Virus genome (UHGV): UHGV-0162383
DNA: 34,947 nucleotides
Origin: a virus
Strand: one strand, 5' to 3'
In this document: one piece after another, positions 27,984 to 34,947 of the stretch
How positions within the stretch are numbered: position 1 is the first letter of the stretch
Layout: every line of letters starts with the position of its first letter
Position numbers and translations under genes: made by a program
The notes under the pieces: generated by a model
What the model was told of the DNA's origin: nothing
Seen by the model: the letters and a program-made list of their open reading frames with translations, nothing else
Databases searched by the model: none

Positions 27984-28059
27984 ACTGCGTTTAGCTGTTT
28001 GTCAGGCACAATCACTTCAACATAGGGCGAAGCCTAATCCAATCAGGAGGTTCGCCACT

Positions 28060-29232
28060 ATGGCTCAGGATTACCACCACGGGGTGCGCGTTGTTGAAGT
28101 CAACGAAGGCACCCGATCTATTACCACGGTGAGCACCGCCATCGTGGGTATGGTCTGCACGGGCGATGATGCCGATGCAAAAATGTTTCCTCTTAATAAA
28201 CCCGTGCTGATCACTGATGTGCTGACTGCCAGCGGTAAAGCGGGTGAGTCCGGTACTCTGGCCCGTTCGCTGGATGCCATCGCTGACCAGGCAAAACCCG
28301 TGACCATTGTTGTGCGTGTGCCGCAGGGTGAAACGGAAGACGAAACCACGACCAATATCATCGGCGCAGTGACTGCTGAAGGTAAAAAAACAGGTATGAA
28401 AGCCCTGTTATCTGCCCAGTCACAGCTCGGCGTTAAACCGCGCATTCTCGGCGTGCCAGGCCACGACACCAAGGCGGTAGCTACTGAGTTGCTGAGCGTG
28501 GCGCAAAGCCTGCGTGGATTTGCTTACCTGTCAGCGTATGGCTGCAAGACAGTGCAGGAGGCGATCACTTACCGCGAAAACTTCAGCCAGCGTGAAGGGA
28601 TGCTGATCTGGCCTGACTTTACTGGCTGGGACACGGTGCTGAATGCCGAAGCAACGGCATATGCCACCGCCCGTGCGCTTGGTCTGCGCGCCAAAATTGA
28701 CGAGCAGACCGGATGGCACAAAAGCCTGTCCAATGTGGGCGTGAACGGTGTCACCGGAATTTCTGCAGATGTGTTCTGGGATCTGCAGGACCCGGCAACC
28801 GATGCAGGTCTGCTGAACCAGAACGACGTCACCACGCTTGTGCGTAAAGACGGTTTCCGCTTCTGGGGGTCCCGCTGCCTGAGTGATGACCCGCTCTTTG
28901 CCTTCGAAAACTACACCCGCACGGCGCAGGTGCTGACGGACACGATGGCAGAAGCACACATGTGGGCGGTGGATAAACCGCTTAACCCGTCGCTGGCCCG
29001 CGACATTATCGAAGGTATCCGCGCCAAAATGCGCAGCCTGGTCAGTCAGGGCTATCTCATTGGTGGTGATTGCTGGCTGGATGAGTCGGTGAACGACAAA
29101 GACACGCTGAAAGCCGGAAAACTCACCATCGACTACGACTACACGCCAGTGCCGCCACTTGAAAACCTGATGCTGCGTCAGCGCATCACCGATCAGTACC
29201 TGGTGAATTTCGCCAGCCAGGTCAGCGCGTAA
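28060..29232 (+). CDS. FI: Tail sheath protein FI
   Basis: 390 aa; N-terminus [34 protein letters not shown] typical of P2-family sheath proteins. Confidence 0.9.
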   Translation: MAQDYHHGVRVVEVNEGTRSITTVSTAIVGMVCTGDDADAKMFPLNKPVLITDVLTASGKAGESGTLARSLDAIADQAKPVTIVVRVPQGETEDETTTNIIGAVTAEGKKTGMKALLSAQSQLGVKPRILGVPGHDTKAVATELLSVAQSLRGFAYLSAYGCKTVQEAITYRENFSQREGMLIWPDFTGWDTVLNAEATAYATARALGLRAKIDEQTGWHKSLSNVGVNGVTGISADVFWDLQDPATDAGLLNQNDVTTLVRKDGFRFWGSRCLSDDPLFAFENYTRTAQVLTDTMAEAHMWAVDKPLNPSLARDIIEGIRAKMRSLVSQGYLIGGDCWLDESVNDKDTLKAGKLTIDYDYTPVPPLENLMLRQRITDQYLVNFASQVSA

Positions 29233-29241
29233 GGGGACAAC

Positions 29242-29757
29242 ATGGCTTTACCACGCAAATTAAAACACCTGAACCTGTTTAACGACGGGAACAACTGGCA
29301 GGGGATCGTTGAGTCGCTGACGCTGCCGAAATTTACCCGCAAATATGAGAAGTATCGCGGCGGCGGAATGCCGGGTGCGGTGGATGTGGATCTGGGGCTT
29401 GATGACAGTGCGCTGGACACAGAATTTTCCATTGGTGGTACTGAATTGCTGCTGTTTAAACAGATGGGTAAAGCCACGGTGGATGGCATCCAGCTGCGCT
29501 TTACCGGCTCTATTCAGCGTGACGATACCGGGGAAGTGCAGGCCGTGGAGCTTGTCGTGCGTGGACGTCACAAAGAAGTGGATTCCGGCGAGTGGAAGAC
29601 GGGCGAAAGCAACACCACCAAAGTGACCAGTACCAACAGCTACGCGAAGCTGACCATCAATGGTGAGGTGCTCTATGAAGTGGACCTTATCAACATGGTG
29701 GAAATTGTGGACGGTGTGGACCTGATGGAGGCGCACCGCAACGCCCTCGGCCTCTGA
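29242..29757 (+). CDS. FII: Tail tube protein FII
   Basis: 171 aa directly after the sheath gene; MALPRKLKHLNLFNDGNNWQG... tube-protein-like. Confidence 0.9.
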   Translation: MALPRKLKHLNLFNDGNNWQGIVESLTLPKFTRKYEKYRGGGMPGAVDVDLGLDDSALDTEFSIGGTELLLFKQMGKATVDGIQLRFTGSIQRDDTGEVQAVELVVRGRHKEVDSGEWKTGESNTTKVTSTNSYAKLTINGEVLYEVDLINMVEIVDGVDLMEAHRNALGL

Positions 29758-29811
29758 TATATCTGAACGGCGCGGGATACCGCGCCAGAACCCAATTGAC
29801 AGGACAGCAAA

Positions 29812-30114
29812 ATGAGCGATAAGCAGACTGAAAAGACCATTCAACTGGATACCCCCATCAAGCGCGGTAAAACAGAAATCACCGAAATTGTGCTGCGTAA
29901 ACCGCAGTCCGGTGCGCTGCGCGGTACACGCCTGCAGGCCATTATGGATATGGATGTAAACGCGATGATGACCGTGATCCCCCGCATCTCCATTCCGGCA
30001 CTGACTGCACAGGAAATTGCAGAGATGGACCCGGCAGATCTCACTGCCATGTCGGTTGAGGTTGTCACTTTTTTGTTGAAGAAGTCGGTGCTTGCCGGTT
30101 TACCGACAGCCTGA
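29812..30114 (+). CDS. E: Tail assembly chaperone E
   Basis: 100 aa upstream of the tape measure gene; contains the slippery heptamer near its 3' end. Confidence 0.7.
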   Translation: MSDKQTEKTIQLDTPIKRGKTEITEIVLRKPQSGALRGTRLQAIMDMDVNAMMTVIPRISIPALTAQEIAEMDPADLTAMSVEVVTFLLKKSVLAGLPTA

Positions 30115-30248
30115 CGGTTGACGATCTGGTGGCAGATATCGCCACCATTTTTCACTGGCCGCCATCCGTTACTGACGTTATGCCGCTGACCGAAGTGCTG
30201 GAATGGCGGTATAAAGCGATTCAGAGAAGCGGGGCCAACGATGAGTGA
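29812..30248 (+). CDS. Tail assembly chaperone E+E' (programmed -1 frameshift product)
   Basis: Slippery T_TTT_TTG at 30069-30075 in the E frame; the -1 frame stays open from there to TGA at 30246-30248, just after the T start codon. Confidence 0.6.
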
Positions 30249-33200
30249 TAACAACCTGCGTCTGCAGGTCATTCTTAATGCGGTTGACAAGCTCACCCGC
30301 CCATTTCGATCTGCGCAGGCCAGTTCAAGAGAACTGGCTGCTGCTGTCAAAAAATCCCGCGATGCAATAAAGCAGCTTGATCAGGCCGGGAGCAGTCTGG
30401 ACAGCTTCCGAAAGCTGCAGGCAGAAAATCAGAAATTAGGCGACAGGCTGAACTATGCCCGCCAGCGTGCAAATTTGCTCAGTCAGGAACTGGGAGCGAT
30501 GGGGCCGCCTTCGCAACGTCAGGTTGTTGCTCTGGGCCGTCAACGGCTGGCTGTTCAGCGCCTGGAAGAACGCCAGAAAAAGCTGCAGCAGCAGACGGCG
30601 CTTGTGCGTGCTGAACTGTACCGGGCGGGAATTTCTGCGAAAGACGATGCGGGAGCAACTGCCCGTTTAGCCCGTGAAACATCACGTTATAACCAGGAAC
30701 TTTCGAAACAGGAGGCGCGGCTGAAGCGACTGGGGGAAGCTCAGCGCAGGATGAATGCAGCGCGTGCCAGTTATGCCCGTTCGCTGGAGGTGCGTGATCG
30801 TATTGCAGGTGCCGGAGCCACCACCACGGCTGCAGGGCTGGCAATGGGCGCACCAGTGATGGCGGCAGTAAAAAGCTATACCAGCATGGAAGATGCCATG
30901 AAAGGTGTGGCAAAGCAGGTCAATGGTCTGCGTGACGATAATGGTAACCGCACTGCACGTTTTTATGAAATGCAGGATGCCATCAAGGCTGCCAGCGAAC
31001 AGTTGCCGATGGAAAACGGTGCGGTGGATTTCGCTGCACTGGTTGAAGGTGGTGCGCGCATGAACGTCGCAAACCCTGACGACAGTTGGGAAGATCAGAA
31101 ACGTGACCTGCTGGCCTTCGCCAGTACGGCAGCAAAGGCGGCAACAGCCTTTGAGCTGCCAGCGGATGAACTGTCAGAAAGTATGGGGAAAATCGCCCAG
31201 CTCTACAAAATCCCCACCCGCAATATTGAACAGCTCGGTGATGCGCTGAACTATCTGGATGATAACGCCATGTCGAAAGGGGCAGACATCATTGATGTGA
31301 TGCAACGTCTGGGCGGTGTGGCTGACCGTCTGGATTATCGTAAAGCGGCGGCGCTGGGTTCCACCTTCCTGACACTGGGCGCTGCGCCAGAGGTTGCAGC
31401 CAGTGCAGCAAACGCGATGGTGCGTGAATTGTCCATTGCCACCATGCAAAGCAAGAGTTTCTTTGAAGGGATGAATCTGCTGAAACTAAATCCTGAAGTG
31501 ATTGAAAAGCAGATGACGAAGGATGCGATGGGAACCATCCAGCGCGTGCTGGAGAAGGTAAACGCGCTGCCGCAGGACAAGCGCCTGTCTGCCATGACTA
31601 TGTTGTTTGGTAAAGAGTTTGGCGATGACGCGGCGAAACTGGCAAACAACCTGCCGGAACTGGAGCGTCAGTTAAAACTGACAGCGGGCAATGATGCGCT
31701 CGGCTCCATGCAGAAAGAATCCGACATTAACAAGGATTCACTTTCTGCGCAGTGGTTGCTGGTCAAAACCGGAGCGCAGAACACCTTCAGCAGCCTGGGC
31801 GAAACGCTGCGCCAGCCGCTGATGGATATTCTGTACACGGTGAAAAGCGTCACGGGGGCGTTGCGTCGCTGGGTGGAAGCTAACCCGGAACTGACAGGCA
31901 CACTGATGAAAGCATCGGCTGTTGTGGCTGCGGTTACCGTCGGCCTCGGCACCTTAGCGGTGGCGCTGGCTGCAGTGCTGGGGCCGCTGGCAGTGATCCG
32001 TCTGGGATTCTCTGTGCTGGGTATCAAAACGTTATCTTCCGTTACGGCAGCAGTAACTCGAACAAGCAGCGCGTTGTCCTGGCTGGCTGGCGCACCACTG
32101 GCACTGCTGCGACGCGGGCTTGCTTCATCGGGCAACGCCGCAGGTTTACTTACTGCGCCGTTGTCGTCTTTGCGCCGCACGGCATCACTGACGGGAAATG
32201 TCCTGAAAACTGTAGCAGGTGCGCCGGTTGCACTTTTGCGGTCTGGATTATCCGGTTTACGTGCTGTTGCTGTGATGTTTATGAATCCTCTGGCGGTACT
32301 GCGCGGTGGACTGGCCGCCGCAGGCACGGTGCTGCGAGTACTGGCATCTGGTCCACTGGCGATGCTGCGCGTTACCCTGTATGCCATATCTGGTCTGTTA
32401 GGTGCTCTGCTCAGTCCGATAGGTCTTGTGGTTACTGCACTGGCGGGCGTGGCGCTGGTTGTCTGGAAATACTGGCAACCCATCACCGCATTTCTCGGTG
32501 GCGTGGTGGAAGGATTCAAAGCGGCGGCAGGTCCCATCAGTGCAGCGTTCGAACCGCTTAAGCCCGTGTTCCAGTGGATTGGCGACAAAGTGCAGGCGCT
32601 GTGGGGCTGGTTTACTGATCTGCTGACGCCCGTTAAGTCGACCTCTGCCGAACTGCAGAGCGCAGCGGCAATGGGGCGACGATTCGGGGAGGCACTGGCA
32701 GAAGGGCTGAATATGGTCATGCATCCGCTGGACTCCCTGAAATCCGGCGTTTCCTGGTTGCTGGAGAAACTCGGCATTGTCAGTAAAGAGGCTGCAAAGG
32801 CGAAACTGCCGGAAAGCGTGACGCGTCAGCAACCTGCGACGGTGAATGCAGACGGTAAAGTGATGATGCCATCGGGTGATTTTCCGTCATGGGGATATGG
32901 CTTTGCGGGGATGTATGACAGCGGCGGCTATATCCCGCGCGGGCAGTTTGGCATCGTCGGTGAAAACGGGCCGGAAATTGTTAACGGCCCGGCAAACGTG
33001 ACCAGTCGGAGAAATACAGCTGCACTGGCTGCCGTTGTCGCCGGAATGATGGGTGTTGCTGCCGCGCCAGCAGAGCTTCCACCGTTGCATCCTTTGGCGC
33101 TTCCCGCAAAAGGCGGTGAAGCGATGGTGAGTCGTGCAGCTACTGTGCCGCCCATTTACCGGATTGAAGCACCGACGCAGATCATCATCCAGACACAGCC

Positions 33201-33318
33201 AGGACAAAGTGCGCAGGATATTGCGCGGGAGGTGGCCCGCCAGCTTGATGAACGTGAACGCAGGCTGAAGGCAAAAGCCAGGAGTAACTACAGCGATCAG
33301 GGGGGATACGACGCATGA
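30241..33318 (+). CDS. T: Tail tape measure protein T
   Basis: 1025 aa; long coiled-coil N-terminal region, Ala/Leu-rich hydrophobic middle with internal repeats; position between E/E' and U. Confidence 0.85.
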   Translation: MSDNNLRLQVILNAVDKLTRPFRSAQASSRELAAAVKKSRDAIKQLDQAGSSLDSFRKLQAENQKLGDRLNYARQRANLLSQELGAMGPPSQRQVVALGRQRLAVQRLEERQKKLQQQTALVRAELYRAGISAKDDAGATARLARETSRYNQELSKQEARLKRLGEAQRRMNAARASYARSLEVRDRIAGAGATTTAAGLAMGAPVMAAVKSYTSMEDAMKGVAKQVNGLRDDNGNRTARFYEMQDAIKAASEQLPMENGAVDFAALVEGGARMNVANPDDSWEDQKRDLLAFASTAAKAATAFELPADELSESMGKIAQLYKIPTRNIEQLGDALNYLDDNAMSKGADIIDVMQRLGGVADRLDYRKAAALGSTFLTLGAAPEVAASAANAMVRELSIATMQSKSFFEGMNLLKLNPEVIEKQMTKDAMGTIQRVLEKVNALPQDKRLSAMTMLFGKEFGDDAAKLANNLPELERQLKLTAGNDALGSMQKESDINKDSLSAQWLLVKTGAQNTFSSLGETLRQPLMDILYTVKSVTGALRRWVEANPELTGTLMKASAVVAAVTVGLGTLAVALAAVLGPLAVIRLGFSVLGIKTLSSVTAAVTRTSSALSWLAGAPLALLRRGLASSGNAAGLLTAPLSSLRRTASLTGNVLKTVAGAPVALLRSGLSGLRAVAVMFMNPLAVLRGGLAAAGTVLRVLASGPLAMLRVTLYAISGLLGALLSPIGLVVTALAGVALVVWKYWQPITAFLGGVVEGFKAAAGPISAAFEPLKPVFQWIGDKVQALWGWFTDLLTPVKSTSAELQSAAAMGRRFGEALAEGLNMVMHPLDSLKSGVSWLLEKLGIVSKEAAKAKLPESVTRQQPATVNADGKVMMPSGDFPSWGYGFAGMYDSGGYIPRGQFGIVGENGPEIVNGPANVTSRRNTAALAAVVAGMMGVAAAPAELPPLHPLALPAKGGEAMVSRAATVPPIYRIEAPTQIIIQTQPGQSAQDIAREVARQLDERERRLKAKARSNYSDQGGYDA

Positions 33319-33800
33319 TGATGGTGCTGGGATTGTACGTGTTTATGCTGCGCACCGTGCCGTATCAGGAACTGCAGTATCAGCGCAGCTGGCGACATGT
33401 GGCTAACAGCCGGGTAAATCGTCGTCCGTCCACGCAGTTTCTGGGACCGGACAACGACATGCTGACGCTTTCCGGTGTTCTTATGCCGGAGATAACAGGC
33501 GGCAGGCTGTCGTTGCTGGCACTGGAGCAGATGGCAGAACAGGGGAAAGCATGGCCCCTGATTGAAGGCAGCGGCACGATTTACGGCATGTATGTGATTG
33601 AGGGACTGAATCAGACTAAAACGGAGTTTTTCCGCGACGGTATGCCGCGCCGGATTGAGTTCACCCTGTCGCTCAAACGAGTGGATGAATCCCTGTCCGA
33701 TATGTTCGGTGATCTCAGTGCGCAACTGAATAATCTGCAGGACACGGCAACGTCTGCCTTAAGCGATATCAGTAAAACGGTGGGAGGGCTGCTGTCGTGA
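33315..33800 (+). CDS. U: Tail protein U
   Basis: 161 aa; ATGA overlap with T; synteny with P2 U. Confidence 0.8.
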   Translation: MMMVLGLYVFMLRTVPYQELQYQRSWRHVANSRVNRRPSTQFLGPDNDMLTLSGVLMPEITGGRLSLLALEQMAEQGKAWPLIEGSGTIYGMYVIEGLNQTKTEFFRDGMPRRIEFTLSLKRVDESLSDMFGDLSAQLNNLQDTATSALSDISKTVGGLLS

Positions 33801-34897
33801 ATTTCAGCTCTGAACTGCTTAACAAAGGCAACAAAACTCCCGCATTCAGCATCAGTATTGAGGGCAGGGATATCACCACTGTGCTGGATAACCGCCTGAT
33901 GAGTTTGACGCTGACGGATAACCGGGGCTTTGAAGCGGACCAGCTTGATCTGGAGCTGGATGACGCTGACGGAAAAATCGTGCTGCCGCGCCGTGGTGCG
34001 GTTATTACGCTGGCGCTGGGCTGGAAGGGGCAGCCGCTTTTCCCGAAAGGGGCATTCACAGTGGACGAGATTGAACACACTGGCGCACCGGACCGCCTGA
34101 CTATCCGGGCGCGAAGTGCTGATTTTCGGGAAACGCTGAATACCCGCCGTGAAAAATCGTGGCATAAGACCACCGTCGGGGAAGTGGTGAAGGAAATAGC
34201 CGCGCGGCACAAGCTGAAGATGGCACTGGGTAAAGACCTGTCGGATAAGCCCGTGGAGCATATAGACCAGACTAATGAGAGTGACGGCAGTTTTCTGATG
34301 CGGCTGGCGCGACAGTACGGTGCCATCGCGTCGGTGAAAAATGGCAATCTGTTATTCATCCAGCAGGGGCAGGGCAAAAGCGCCACTGGTAAACCTCTGC
34401 CAGTGATCACTATCACACGCAAGGACGGCGACAGTCACCGATTTACCCTGGCAGATCGCGGAGCCTACACGGGCGTAATTGCCAGCTGGTTGCATACCCG
34501 CGAACCTGCGAAGAAAGAAAGCACCACGGTGAAGCGTAAGCGCAGAACTAAGAAGCAGAAGAAAGAGCCAGAAGCGAAGCAGGGCGATTACCTGGTGGGT
34601 ACGGATGAAAACGTGCTGGTACTTAATCGCACTTATGCCAACCGGAGCAACGCCGAACGAGCGGCGAAAATGCAGTGGGAACGCCTGCAACGCGGCGTTG
34701 CGTCATTTTCGCTACAACTGGCAGAAGGGCGGGCAGATCTCTACACGGAAATGCCTGTGAAGGTCAGTGGTTTTAAACAGCCGATAGATGATGCGGAATG
34801 GACCATTACGACTCTGACGCATACCGTCAGCCCGGATAACGGTTTTACGACCAGTTTGGAGCTTGAAGTGAGGATTGATGATTTCGAAATGGAATGA
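33797..34897 (+). CDS. D: Tail protein D (late control gene D family)
   Basis: 366 aa; overlaps the U stop; last gene of the tail operon as in P2. Confidence 0.85.
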   Translation: MNFSSELLNKGNKTPAFSISIEGRDITTVLDNRLMSLTLTDNRGFEADQLDLELDDADGKIVLPRRGAVITLALGWKGQPLFPKGAFTVDEIEHTGAPDRLTIRARSADFRETLNTRREKSWHKTTVGEVVKEIAARHKLKMALGKDLSDKPVEHIDQTNESDGSFLMRLARQYGAIASVKNGNLLFIQQGQGKSATGKPLPVITITRKDGDSHRFTLADRGAYTGVIASWLHTREPAKKESTTVKRKRRTKKQKKEPEAKQGDYLVGTDENVLVLNRTYANRSNAERAAKMQWERLQRGVASFSLQLAEGRADLYTEMPVKVSGFKQPIDDAEWTITTLTHTVSPDNGFTTSLELEVRIDDFEME

Positions 34898-34947
34898 TTC
34901 TTCGCAATGGAGAACTTTTAAGTTTGCAAAATGGAATAATGCGGTAT

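Noticed and set aside
31668-32832. 369-aa and 144-aa ORFs on the - strand
   Set aside because: Antisense within the tape measure gene; Ala/Ser/Pro-rich low-complexity translation typical of the antisense of GC-rich coding sequence.
33611-34422. 216-aa and 217-aa ORFs on the - strand
   Set aside because: Antisense to tail genes U and D, which are supported by synteny and overlapping start/stop coupling.
1-34947. CRISPR arrays, tRNA/rRNA genes, IS elements
   Set aside because: No regularly spaced direct repeats, no tRNA-like sequence and no transposase-like ORFs or terminal inverted repeats were seen.
34898-34947. Possible start of an ogr-like late activator gene after D
   Set aside because: Only about 50 bp remain; the in-window ATGs hit stop codons almost immediately or are truncated by the window end.

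Overview
The window is almost entirely a P2/186-family temperate myovirus prophage in an enterobacterial chromosome, read from its left junction (host TetR-family gene, then integrase) to the tail gene D; the right junction (ogr/attR) lies beyond the window. Gene order follows P2/186: int, cI-like repressor, apl/cox-like, cII-like, small early genes, TraR/DksA zinc finger, Dam methylase, replication initiator A, a LexA-box-controlled Tum-like/DinI-like module, a cos-like site, then portal, terminase, capsid, lysis, baseplate, tail fibre, sheath/tube, tape measure, U and D. The tail-fibre locus carries a Hin/Gin-type invertible segment with its invertase. Three AT-rich cargo insertions are not part of the conserved backbone and are the main candidates for an undescribed system: (i) a membrane-anchored coiled-coil DUF4041/T5orf172 (GIY-YIG-like) protein between int and cI; (ii) a translationally coupled two-gene operon (71-aa soluble protein plus 280-aa 3-TM protein) between the SOS module and cos; (iii) a DUF262/DUF1524 GmrSD-like nuclease between cos and the portal gene. 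All calls rest on reading the supplied ORF translations and sequence motifs from memory; no database search was run.
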